A stretch of DNA of 64,000 nucleotides from IMG/VR virus record IMGVR_UViG_3300019487_000003, positions 1-64,000 of that record; one strand, given 5' to 3'. The stretch's first letter is position 1. The number at the start of each line of letters is the position of its first letter. The position numbers and the translations under genes were made by a program. Positions 26,668 to 35,679 of the stretch are shown here, in pieces. The notes beneath the pieces were generated by a model that saw only the letters and a list, made by a program, of their open reading frames with translations, searched no databases and had not been told where the DNA came from. The stretch is from a virus.

Positions 26668-27120
26668 ATGAAAACAAGTTCTCAAGGAATCGATTTAATT
26701 AAACAATTCGAGGGGTGTGAACTAGATGCTTATTTGGATGCAGTTGGTGTTCCAACAATAGGTTACGGAACAACACTCATTGGAGGAAAGCCAGTCCCAA
26801 TGGGTCTATCTATTACAGAACAGCAGGCCGAAGAATATCTTGCATTTGATTTAGTGAAATTTGAAAAGGCGATTAACAATCTTGTAAAAGTAAACTTGAC
26901 ACAAGAGATGTTCGATGCTTTAGTTTGTTTCACATATAATCTTGGAGTTGGAGCTTTTGGGGGTTCCACTTTATTGAAACTTTTAAATAATGGGGAATAC
27001 GAAAAAGTTCCAGCACAATTTCTACGTTGGTCCAAGGCTAAAGGAAAAGTTCTTCCCGGTCTTGTTCGTAGAAGACGTGCCGAGGCAGAATTATTTCGTT
27101 CTGGAATAGCAAACTTGTAA
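26668..27120 (+). CDS. Endolysin, GH24 lysozyme
   Basis: 'GIDLIKQFEGCELDAYLDAVGVPTIGYGTT' carries the E-x8-D-x5-T catalytic pattern of phage GH24 lysozymes. Confidence 0.9.
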   Translation: MKTSSQGIDLIKQFEGCELDAYLDAVGVPTIGYGTTLIGGKPVPMGLSITEQQAEEYLAFDLVKFEKAINNLVKVNLTQEMFDALVCFTYNLGVGAFGGSTLLKLLNNGEYEKVPAQFLRWSKAKGKVLPGLVRRRRAEAELFRSGIANL

Positions 27121-27149
27121 TTGCTATTTTTGAATAGTTTTGTTATAAT
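27121..27149 (+). promoter_or_regulatory. Sigma70-type promoter TTGCTA-17-TGtTATAAT
   Basis: Read directly. Followed by an AAGGAG SD and the ATG at 27167. Confidence 0.6.
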
Positions 27150-27166
27150 GAGTGAAGGAGATTGTT

Positions 27167-27508
27167 ATGGGATTTAATGAAGACAAAGTTTATATCGTTC
27201 GTTTAGTTTCTGGTGAAGAACTTCTGGCATTAGTTGAAACAGTTGGTGAAGGAATAGAAAAGGTTCATAATATTGAAGCACCATTTTTTGTATCACTTAA
27301 CCCAGGACCAAGTGGTGCCCCGCAAGTTCATCTTCAACCATTTCTTTTTATGCTTGATGAAGAAGATGAGACCAAACCTCTTCAACTCCCTGATAAAATT
27401 GTTGCTTTTAAATATCGTCCAGCAAAGGACATAAGAAGTAAATATAACGAAATTTATGTTAAAGCAACCACAGGACTTATCCTCCCGTCCACGAATCTAA
27501 AAATTTGA
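27167..27508 (+). CDS. Hypothetical protein, distant paralogue of 11798..12223
   Basis: The ATG after AAGGAG is preferred over the GTG at 27152. Pattern shared with 11798. Confidence 0.5.
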   Translation: MGFNEDKVYIVRLVSGEELLALVETVGEGIEKVHNIEAPFFVSLNPGPSGAPQVHLQPFLFMLDEEDETKPLQLPDKIVAFKYRPAKDIRSKYNEIYVKATTGLILPSTNLKI

Positions 27509-27533
27509 CAACAGATTTTAATTCTGTTATCAT
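27505..27533 (+). promoter_or_regulatory. Sigma70-type promoter TTGACA-17-TGtTATCAT, 6 nt before the ATG at 27540
   Basis: Consensus -35 overlapping the upstream stop codon, extended -10, no SD. Confidence 0.65.
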
Positions 27534-27539
27534 GGTGTT

Positions 27540-28988
27540 ATGAGTCAAGAGTTTTATACTAACTGCGTAACAGTTGGAAATAGAGTTTTATACCGAGGAT
27601 ATAAAAATGGTTCTCGTGTTCATCGTTCTATAGAATACAAACCTTCACTTTTCATATCCTCAAACAAATCTAGTAAATTTAAAACCCTTGAAGGTAAATC
27701 TGTTGAGAAAATAGAATTCTCTGGTATAGAGGATGCAAGAGAGTTTCTTAAGAAATACGAGAGTATAGACAATTTCACAGTATATGGTAATACAAATTAT
27801 CATTATTGTTATTTGTCAGATACATTTACTGGACAAGTAGATTATGATCCTAATCAGGTCAAAGTAATGTTTCTTGATATTGAAACCTCATATGAAGATG
27901 GTTTTCCTAATCCTCAATCTGTTCAAGAGCCAGTTATCGCTATTACAATTAAACTTAAAGACAAATTCTATGTCTATGGCACAAAAGAGTTTAAAACAGA
28001 AGACAAAAATGTATTTTATTTTAAGTGTGATGACGAAAAAGATTTGCTATCTCGTTTCGTGCAAAAATGGCAAGAACTAGACCCTGATATTATCAGTGGT
28101 TGGAATATTGAGGAGTTTGATATACCATATCTGATCAATCGTATCTCTCGTGTCCTTTCTGAAAAGGACTCTAATTCTTTATCTCCCTGGAAAAGACTTA
28201 GAACAAGGAAGGTTAAGTTACAGGGAAGAGAATATGATAATTTTGAATTGATAGGAATTTCGACACTTGATTATCTCCAGATGTATCGAAAGTTTGTTGG
28301 CACTGCTGAAAACTATAAATTGAACACTATCGCACAAATGGAATTGGGTGAAGGAAAGGTTCAGGGTGATATGAGAGATATGTATCACAATGATCACCAA
28401 AAGTTCATAGAATATAACATTCAGGACGTTGCACTTGTTGCAAAGATAGATCAAAAGATGGGACTCATTCAGATGCTTTGTGCAATTGCTTATGATGCCA
28501 AAGTGAATATTGTTGACACTTTTGCTCAAGTAAGATTATGGGATACTATTATCTTCAATGATTTTCGTCCCAAACATCTTGTAATGCCACAGAAAGCAAA
28601 ACACGATAAGGAAACTAGATATGCAGGAGCCTTCGTAAAAGAGCCTAAAGTTGGAATGCATAAATGGGTTGCATCATTTGACTTAGATTCTCTGTATCCT
28701 CATTTGCTTGCACAATATAATATATCTCCAGAAATGTTAGTTCCAGGAGCATTTAAAACAACTGATCTTGACAAACTCTTGAAAAAGGAATATGATTTGT
28801 CCTATTTGAAAGAAAGGGGTTTAACAATGGCAGCAAACGGACATCATTTTAAAACAGATAAAGAGGGGTTTCTCCCAGCTATCTTAATGAGAATGTATCA
28901 AGATAGAAAGGTTTACAAGAATAAGATGTTAGATTCACAGAATGAACTTGAAAGGGTCGAAGCTGAATTTAAAAGACGAGGGCTATAG
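27540..28988 (+). CDS. gp43: DNA polymerase (family B, gp43) N-terminal cistron: exonuclease domain and palm motif A
   Basis: Exo I 'FLDIET', Exo II 'GWNIEEFDIPYL', Exo III 'YNIQDVALV', motif A 'SFDLDSLYPH'. Ends with TAG about 85 aa after motif A. Confidence 0.92.
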   Translation: MSQEFYTNCVTVGNRVLYRGYKNGSRVHRSIEYKPSLFISSNKSSKFKTLEGKSVEKIEFSGIEDAREFLKKYESIDNFTVYGNTNYHYCYLSDTFTGQVDYDPNQVKVMFLDIETSYEDGFPNPQSVQEPVIAITIKLKDKFYVYGTKEFKTEDKNVFYFKCDDEKDLLSRFVQKWQELDPDIISGWNIEEFDIPYLINRISRVLSEKDSNSLSPWKRLRTRKVKLQGREYDNFELIGISTLDYLQMYRKFVGTAENYKLNTIAQMELGEGKVQGDMRDMYHNDHQKFIEYNIQDVALVAKIDQKMGLIQMLCAIAYDAKVNIVDTFAQVRLWDTIIFNDFRPKHLVMPQKAKHDKETRYAGAFVKEPKVGMHKWVASFDLDSLYPHLLAQYNISPEMLVPGAFKTTDLDKLLKKEYDLSYLKERGLTMAANGHHFKTDKEGFLPAILMRMYQDRKVYKNKMLDSQNELERVEAEFKRRGL

Positions 28989-28991
28989 TGT

Positions 28992-29369
28992 ATGCCAAAA
29001 TCAAATAAAGCTAAGGAGTTTGTAAAGAAAATGGATAAGCTCCGAAATAAGAAACCCGGTGAAGTTGATTATGTTGAGGTCCTAGAAAACATTCTAATTT
29101 CTGAGGAGCCTCTTGATACTCTTGTAAGATTACCTTTTGGACAATTGATTAATGTTGGTCTGGATAAACTTTTACAGAATCTTTCTGTTTTAGCAATCGG
29201 AACAGATGACGATGGCCAATTCAAAATCGATAAGTTGGGAGTAGAACTTGCAGGAGTTGTAGATCAAGATATAGTTTTTAGAGTTACAGGAACACTTCAA
29301 AAATATAAGGTCGAGCATAAAAAATTGCCTGCGATAAAGAAATCAAAGAAGAAAAAGAAGGCCTCTTGA
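28992..29369 (+). CDS. Hypothetical protein encoded inside the split polymerase gene
   Basis: 125 aa, Lys-rich termini. Starts 3 nt after the stop of the polymerase N-cistron. No nuclease or intein motif seen. Confidence 0.55.
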   Translation: MPKSNKAKEFVKKMDKLRNKKPGEVDYVEVLENILISEEPLDTLVRLPFGQLINVGLDKLLQNLSVLAIGTDDDGQFKIDKLGVELAGVVDQDIVFRVTGTLQKYKVEHKKLPAIKKSKKKKKAS

Positions 29370-29854
29370 AAAGAACAGATTATATAAGTTGGGATCAGTA
29401 TTTCATGTCTGTTGCACTTCTTTCGGCGCAACGTAGTAAGGATCCAAGCACACAAGTTGGTGCATGTATAGTTTCTCCAAGTAAAAGAGTAGTTGGTGTT
29501 GGATACAATGGTTTCCCAAATAAATGTCCAGATGATCAATTACCTTGGGGAAAAGATTCTGAGGACGAAAACGAAACCAAATATCCCTATTGCGTTCATG
29601 CAGAACTAAATGCAATCTTAAATACAACACAAATGGGCTTGAAGAATTGCACAATTTATGTTACACTCTTCCCTTGTTCTGATTGCACTAAGGCGATCAT
29701 TCAATCTGGAATTACACACGTTATCTATTTAAATGAAATAATTAAACCAAGATACTTGCACAGTATGGAAGCATCTAAAAGAATGTTAGACCTTGCTAGT
29801 ATACCTTATTCAAAATTTGAAAAGACTGGTAGATATATCTGCCTTGAATTATGA
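29366..29854 (+). CDS. cd: dCMP deaminase
   Basis: 'WDQYFMSVALLSAQRSKDP', zinc motifs 'CVHAELNAI' and 'PCSDCTKAI'. TTG start in a TTGA overlap with the upstream stop. Confidence 0.88.
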   Translation: MKRTDYISWDQYFMSVALLSAQRSKDPSTQVGACIVSPSKRVVGVGYNGFPNKCPDDQLPWGKDSEDENETKYPYCVHAELNAILNTTQMGLKNCTIYVTLFPCSDCTKAIIQSGITHVIYLNEIIKPRYLHSMEASKRMLDLASIPYSKFEKTGRYICLEL

Positions 29855-30963
29855 TTGACCTTACAAAATTGTCAGATAAAGAATTAGTTGCATACAAGCA
29901 AAAGATTTCATTTGATGCTTCAAAATACAAGAATCTTCAGCTTGCCAAAAAAGTTCAATTAAACGCCGCCTATGGTGCTCTTGGTAATGAATACTTTCGA
30001 TTCTTTGATGTGCGTCAAGCTGAGGCAGTTACTATTTCAGGACAATTTGCCATTCGTTGGATTGAAAGAGATTTGAATTTATACCTAAACAAGGTTTTGA
30101 AGACAGAGAATGTTGATTATGTCATAGCGGCCGATACAGATTCAGTCTATTTAAATTTATCTTTTATAGTAGATGCTGGCTTTGGAGACAAGCCACAAGA
30201 GCCACAAAAGGTTGTTGATTTTCTTGATAAGTTTTCTAATCAGGGATTGCAAAAAGAAATTGAGCGTTCTTATAATGCTCTTGCAGATTACGTTAATGCA
30301 TTTTCACAAAAGATGAGAATGAAAAGAGAATCAATTGCAGATAGAGGTATTTGGACATCTAAGAAGCGTTATATAATGAATGTTTATGATGCTGAAGGTG
30401 TTAGATATACAACACCCAAACTTAAGATTATGGGAATCGAAGCAATCAAATCTTCAACTCCACAATATTGTCGAGACAAGATTAAGGAAGCAATTAAACT
30501 TATCCTGAACAAATCCGAAACAGATTTACATTCATATATCCAAGATGTAGAAAAGGAATTTAAAAATCTCCCTCCGGAAGAAGTTTCCTTTCCTCGTTCA
30601 TGTAATGGACTCATGAAATATTTTGATCATCAAAATGTTGCAAAATCTGGAACACCTATTCATGTTAGGGGTTCTTTGATATATAACAAGCTAGTAAAAG
30701 AAAAGAAACTCACTAAGAAATATCCATTGATACAAGATGGGAACAAAATCAGATTTTTATATTTGAAGGAACCCAATCCTGTCCAAAGTCATGTTCTTTC
30801 TATTGTCGATGGACTTCCTGAGGAGTTTTCACTTGAAAAGTATATCGATTATGATATACAATTCGATAAGGCATTTAAAGAGCCTCTTCGGAGCATATTG
30901 GATGCTATAGGGTGGGGAACAGAAAAGAAAAGAGATTTGTCGTCATTTTTCATTGATGGGTAA
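29851..30963 (+). CDS. gp43: DNA polymerase (family B, gp43) C-terminal cistron: motif B, motif C and thumb
   Basis: Motif B 'KKVQLNAAYGALG', motif C 'VIAADTDSVY', 'KKRY'. ATGA overlap with the cd stop codon. Confidence 0.92.
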   Translation: MIDLTKLSDKELVAYKQKISFDASKYKNLQLAKKVQLNAAYGALGNEYFRFFDVRQAEAVTISGQFAIRWIERDLNLYLNKVLKTENVDYVIAADTDSVYLNLSFIVDAGFGDKPQEPQKVVDFLDKFSNQGLQKEIERSYNALADYVNAFSQKMRMKRESIADRGIWTSKKRYIMNVYDAEGVRYTTPKLKIMGIEAIKSSTPQYCRDKIKEAIKLILNKSETDLHSYIQDVEKEFKNLPPEEVSFPRSCNGLMKYFDHQNVAKSGTPIHVRGSLIYNKLVKEKKLTKKYPLIQDGNKIRFLYLKEPNPVQSHVLSIVDGLPEEFSLEKYIDYDIQFDKAFKEPLRSILDAIGWGTEKKRDLSSFFIDG

Positions 30964-30964
30964 T

Positions 30965-32035
30965 ATGGCTAAAAAAGATAATGCATTTAAAGATATTCTT
31001 GGTTTAATTGAAAATGATTATGCGTCTGTTGTTTCAGATGGAACATACTCAGATGTTTCAGGATACATCGATACTGGATCATATACACTTAATGCGCTTC
31101 TATCGGGAAGTATTTTTAAGGGTTTGCCAAACAATAAGATTACAGCATTTGCGGGAGAACCTGCAACAGGAAAAACATATTTTGCTTTATCAATTCTTAA
31201 ACACTTTTTGAATAGTAACCCCAGTGGACTCGGAATTATTTTTGAAAGTGAAGGTGCACTTGATAAGCAGATGCTAGAACAAAGAGGATTAGATTTGAAA
31301 AGAATCTTGATTGTTCCTGTAGAAACAGTTCAACAGTTTAAAACACAAGCAATTAGAATTATCGAAAACTACTTGAAGAAGGATGAAACAGAGAAGCGTC
31401 CTATTTTTCTAATGTTAGATTCCTTGGGTATGCTTTCAACAACAAAAGAAATGGGTGATAGTGAAAGCGGTAAAGAAGTGAAAGATATGACTAGAACCCA
31501 GGAAATTAAGGCAGCATTTCGTGTTGTAACACTAAAGTTAAGTAAAGCAAAACTTCCCCTCCTGGTTACAAACCATGTTTATCAAACAATGGGAATGTTC
31601 CCAACAAAAGAGATGGCTGGTGGTGGTGGATTAAAATATGCAGCAAGTAGCATTATTGCTCTTGGTAAAAGTAAAGATAAAGATAGCGAAGGGAATTTAA
31701 CTGGTGCAATCATTAGATGCAAGAACAGCAAAGGCCGGTTGACTCGTGAGGGTGCAGAAGCAACAACTTTGCTTTCTCAGAAAGCTGGCTTAGATCGCTA
31801 TTATGGTCTTGTAGATTTGGCAGTTGAACATGGAATTTTTAAGAAGGTATCAACAAAGATAGAACTTCCAGATGGAAAGGCTGTCTTTGAAAAACACATT
31901 ACAAATAATCCTGAAAAATATTTTACAGATGAAGTTCTATCTTTGTTAGATGTTGCTGCAAATAAAGAATATTTGTATGGTATCTCAGATGCAGAAGATA
32001 CAGTTGAGGAATTGCTAAATGAGTCCGACTCCTAA
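30965..32035 (+). CDS. uvsX: RecA-family recombinase UvsX
   Basis: Walker A 'GEPATGKT', RecA/UvsX layout 'ENDYASVVSDG...TGSYTLNALLSG'. In-frame alternative starts at 30953 and 30956. Confidence 0.88.
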   Translation: MAKKDNAFKDILGLIENDYASVVSDGTYSDVSGYIDTGSYTLNALLSGSIFKGLPNNKITAFAGEPATGKTYFALSILKHFLNSNPSGLGIIFESEGALDKQMLEQRGLDLKRILIVPVETVQQFKTQAIRIIENYLKKDETEKRPIFLMLDSLGMLSTTKEMGDSESGKEVKDMTRTQEIKAAFRVVTLKLSKAKLPLLVTNHVYQTMGMFPTKEMAGGGGLKYAASSIIALGKSKDKDSEGNLTGAIIRCKNSKGRLTREGAEATTLLSQKAGLDRYYGLVDLAVEHGIFKKVSTKIELPDGKAVFEKHITNNPEKYFTDEVLSLLDVAANKEYLYGISDAEDTVEELLNESDS

Positions 32036-32351
32036 GAAGCCCAAGAGGGCATTAGCAAAATATTACGAGTTGGTTGCAGATCCTAATGATGAGGATCAGT
32101 GGCTTGTTAGATTAAAGAAAAAGCCATGGGCTGGAGTGACATATAAGTATCTAGGATTTAAATTAAAGGAAGATGCCCCAAACGATCAATTGATTTGCAC
32201 ATTTAATTATGACATCATAACTGTTCCTCCAGAATTAAAAGATGTTATTTTTCCAGATGAAATGGGTAAAGAATTTGTTGACTTAATTGGTGGTATCGCG
32301 TTAGAATTGTTAGAAGATACAATAGAAACACGATATGATGTTAACGGATAG
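32019..32351 (+). CDS. Hypothetical protein
   Basis: 110-aa ORF between uvsX and gene 41, overlapping both ends. Confidence 0.45.
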   Translation: MSPTPKKPKRALAKYYELVADPNDEDQWLVRLKKKPWAGVTYKYLGFKLKEDAPNDQLICTFNYDIITVPPELKDVIFPDEMGKEFVDLIGGIALELLEDTIETRYDVNG

Positions 32352-33768
32352 ATTGGAAAGACTCATTCTCAGTGGTTTACTGAGTAGTGATAGTTATACT
32401 CGAAAAGTTCTTCCAATACTACAACCAGATTTTTTTCAAGATAATTCCGAAAAAATTGTTTTCTCGCAGATACAATTATTCATAACAAAATACAATAATC
32501 TTCCTACCAAAGAATCACTTCTAATACAGGTTAGTCAAATCAATGGATTGAAACCTGAAGTCTTTAAAGAAGTTTCCGAAATTATTTCTCATCTCTCTTA
32601 TGAGAAGCCTGTTAATGAAGAATTTTTATTAGAGCAAACAGATAATTTTGCAAAGGGCAGTGCTTTCTTTGGTGCTCTTAAAAAGAGTGTTCTTTTAGCA
32701 GAAGAATTTCAACAGACAAAATCTCCTCAGAGTTTAGGTCAAGCAACAAAATATTTTCAAGATGCGTTATCAATATCTCTTGATCCTAAAGTTGGTCATT
32801 CATATACAGAAGATTACCACGAAAGATACGAATACATGCACCGAAAGATTGAAAAGGTGCCATTCGATTTAACATACTTGAATAAGATAACAGGTGGTGG
32901 GACAGAAAAGGGAACACTTAATATCATCCTAGCAGGAACAGGTGTCGGAAAAACTCTTGCAATGTGCCACCTTGCTGCGGCAGCGTTCATGGATGGTAAG
33001 AATGTATTATACATTACTCTTGAAATGTCCGAAGAAAAAATCCTTCAAAGAATAGATGCAAACCTTTTAAATGTTGCTATTGATGAACTTGATAAACTTC
33101 CTGAAGATATATGGCAAAAGAAAGTAGAAGGTGTTAAAAATAAGACCTTAGGAAAATTACAAGTAAAAGAATATCCTACAGCACAAGCTGGAGTAAATCA
33201 TTTTAGACATTTGATAACAGAACTGGCATTAAAGAAAAAATTTGTTCCAGATATTATATTTGTGGATTATCTGAATATAGCTATTAGCTCAAGAATTAAA
33301 CCTGGGACAAGAACAAATAGTTATGAATATGTTAAAGCTATTGCAGAAGAATTAAGAGGCCTTGCCTGCGAAGCGGGAGTCCCATTGTGGAGCGCAACTC
33401 AAACAAATAGAGCAGGATTCAATTCAAGTGATGTTGGATTGGATGATACCTCTGAAAGTTTTGGTGTTCCTATGACTGCGGATTTAATGATTGCATTGAC
33501 AAGAACAGAGGAACTTGATAAAATAGGACAGATGGCAATAACTCAGTTAAAGAATCGTTATGGAGATTTGGCCTATTATCGTCGTTTTATTATTGGTGTG
33601 GATAGGTCCAAGATGCGTCTTTTTGATGTTGAGCAAAAAGCACAAGAAGGACTGATCGACGCGGGCCATGATAAAGAAGACAAGCCAGCATTTGATGTTT
33701 CTCGTTTTGGTAAAGGTATGACTGCTGAGAAAAAAGATTTCAGTGCTATCAAATTTTCGGATGATTAA
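32335..33768 (+). CDS. gp41: Replicative DnaB-family helicase gp41
   Basis: Walker A 'AGTGVGKT', 'IFVDYLN', DnaB-type C-terminal domain. T4-like position next to uvsX. Confidence 0.88.
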   Translation: MMLTDRLERLILSGLLSSDSYTRKVLPILQPDFFQDNSEKIVFSQIQLFITKYNNLPTKESLLIQVSQINGLKPEVFKEVSEIISHLSYEKPVNEEFLLEQTDNFAKGSAFFGALKKSVLLAEEFQQTKSPQSLGQATKYFQDALSISLDPKVGHSYTEDYHERYEYMHRKIEKVPFDLTYLNKITGGGTEKGTLNIILAGTGVGKTLAMCHLAAAAFMDGKNVLYITLEMSEEKILQRIDANLLNVAIDELDKLPEDIWQKKVEGVKNKTLGKLQVKEYPTAQAGVNHFRHLITELALKKKFVPDIIFVDYLNIAISSRIKPGTRTNSYEYVKAIAEELRGLACEAGVPLWSATQTNRAGFNSSDVGLDDTSESFGVPMTADLMIALTRTEELDKIGQMAITQLKNRYGDLAYYRRFIIGVDRSKMRLFDVEQKAQEGLIDAGHDKEDKPAFDVSRFGKGMTAEKKDFSAIKFSDD

Positions 33769-34744
33769 AAACACAATTCTATTAGGCGATTGCCGATTAA
33801 GATTAAAAGATATTCCTAATAGCACTATTGATGCTGTTGTAACAGATCCTCCTTATGAACTTGGGTTTATGGCAAAGAGTTGGGATGCTTCTGGTGTTGC
33901 CTATAATATTTCTGTTTGGGAAGAAATTTTAAGAGTTTTAAAACCTGGTGGACATTTACTTTCTTTTGGGGGAACAAGAACCTACCATAGAATGGTTTGT
34001 GCTGTTGAAGATGCTGGATTCGAGATAAGAGATCAGTTGCAATGGCTTTACGGTCAAGGATTCCCAAAGAACATGGACATTTCAAAAGCAATTGATAGTA
34101 AACTTGGAGCAACAATAGAAGATCAAGCAAAAAAGTGGGAAGGCTGGGGGACTGCGTTGAAACCTGCTAATGAACCAATCGTATTAGCAAGAAAGCCGAT
34201 TTCTGAAAAGACAATAGCTGAAAATGTTTTAAAATATGGAACAGGTGGTATCAATATTAATGATACCCGAATCAACTTACAGTATGATTCTGAAGATGAC
34301 AGGTGCCGATGGCCAGCTAACATTATATTAGATGAGGAAGCTGGAGCAATCTTGGATTCGCAACAAGAAGGCACTTCCCGATTCTTCTATTGTGCTAAAC
34401 CTAGTAAGAAAGAAAAAGATGCAGGCCTTGAGAATAGGGTCAAAAAGAACGTAAATGACGGTAGACAGACATCCATTGATAACCCATATCAAAGGGGTGA
34501 TACAGAAAGATTAAACACTCATCCAACCGTTAAACCGATAATGTTGATGGAATATTTGATAACTCTTATTACTCCATCGAATGGTATCGTATTAGACCCT
34601 TTCGCCGGGAGCGGAACCACTCTTATTGCTGCCAAAAATCTAGGGTTTGACTATCTTGGTATAGAGATGGACCCTGAGTTTGTAGATATTGCAAATCTTA
34701 GATTGAATAGTGCTAAGAGTTTAAATAAGTTTTTAACAGAATAA
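33761..34744 (+). CDS. Beta-class DNA N6-adenine/N4-cytosine methyltransferase
   Basis: Motif IV 'VVTDPPYE' near the N-terminus and motif I 'LDPFAGSGTT' near the C-terminus. ATG at 33761 overlaps the gp41 stop. Confidence 0.85.
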   Translation: MIKNTILLGDCRLRLKDIPNSTIDAVVTDPPYELGFMAKSWDASGVAYNISVWEEILRVLKPGGHLLSFGGTRTYHRMVCAVEDAGFEIRDQLQWLYGQGFPKNMDISKAIDSKLGATIEDQAKKWEGWGTALKPANEPIVLARKPISEKTIAENVLKYGTGGININDTRINLQYDSEDDRCRWPANIILDEEAGAILDSQQEGTSRFFYCAKPSKKEKDAGLENRVKKNVNDGRQTSIDNPYQRGDTERLNTHPTVKPIMLMEYLITLITPSNGIVLDPFAGSGTTLIAAKNLGFDYLGIEMDPEFVDIANLRLNSAKSLNKFLTE

Positions 34745-34773
34745 ATATGATTTAGCTTCACTTAAAGGTTCAA

Positions 34774-35679
34774 ATGGCTTCAAACACCGATCTTGCAGAT
34801 ATTAACGAAATATTGCTCGGATATTATCTGAATGGTCAAGAATGGTATGATAATGATGCAAAGAAGCAATATGAGAAAAAGAAAAAGGTTGCCACTGAGC
34901 AAGAGCTATTAGCACAGGATAGACGTGCTTCAGCAATGGCCGATGAAGTTATCAAATGGGCTAAAGCTAATGGCTTTTCTGGAAAAGTTTCAATGGTATG
35001 GTGGACAGCCCGTCCGGGTGTTTTAGCAAATGCAGTTGGTAAAGACGTTGACTCACGAAAAAATCCAACAGACATTTTAATCAAATTTTCAGATAAGAAG
35101 TTTTTGGGTGTCTCGGCCAAATCAACAAAAGGTAAGGGAGATATTGGATTTAAAAATCCTGGGATGGGAACAATAGAAAAAAGTTTGAAAATAGATTTGA
35201 AATCTGTATATCAAAAGTTTGAAGCAGATGCGATTAAGAAATATAAACTTCCTTCTTCTACTTCAGAACGAAAATCAAAAATTAGAAAAGACCCAGCACT
35301 TCAATCTAAAACTCAAGCATTGGGATCGAAAGCATTAGAATCTATTAGAGATGCGATGTTTAAGAAATTAAATTCAATGTCTCAAAATGACATTAAGAAA
35401 TATATTATGACTGACTGGATGGATTCATCTCAGGGTCTTTATCCACCTTATATCAAGGCAACAGGAATGGGAAACAAAGAACCATTTACAGCTAAGATTG
35501 ACGATCCTCTTAATAACGATAAACTTAAATCTCTCCAAAAATCGCAGATAAAACTAGAAAAGATTGGGAATGAATCGATTGGAGTTTCCGCTGGTGGCAA
35601 AAAGATTATGAAAATGAGAGCAAAGTTTGAATCAGAAAAACTTGCAAGTTCAATAAAATTTAGTGGCGATCCCTGGTAA
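34774..35679 (+). CDS. Hypothetical protein with a possible degenerate PD-(D/E)xK-like nuclease core
   Basis: 'NPTDILIKFSDKKFLGVSAKSTKGKG' (D-x14-S-x-K). Sits directly downstream of the methyltransferase. Weak, pattern-level evidence only. Confidence 0.3.
   Translation: MASNTDLADINEILLGYYLNGQEWYDNDAKKQYEKKKKVATEQELLAQDRRASAMADEVIKWAKANGFSGKVSMVWWTARPGVLANAVGKDVDSRKNPTDILIKFSDKKFLGVSAKSTKGKGDIGFKNPGMGTIEKSLKIDLKSVYQKFEADAIKKYKLPSSTSERKSKIRKDPALQSKTQALGSKALESIRDAMFKKLNSMSQNDIKKYIMTDWMDSSQGLYPPYIKATGMGNKEPFTAKIDDPLNNDKLKSLQKSQIKLEKIGNESIGVSAGGKKIMKMRAKFESEKLASSIKFSGDPW

Noticed and set aside
28989-29850. Intein, group I intron or homing-endonuclease insertion splitting the DNA polymerase gene
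   Set aside because: The N-cistron ends in a stop and the C-cistron has its own ATG. The intervening DNA is filled by two ordinary coupled ORFs, one a complete dCMP deaminase. No GIY-YIG, HNH, LAGLIDADG or Hint motifs are visible. An intron cannot be fully excluded without RNA data.
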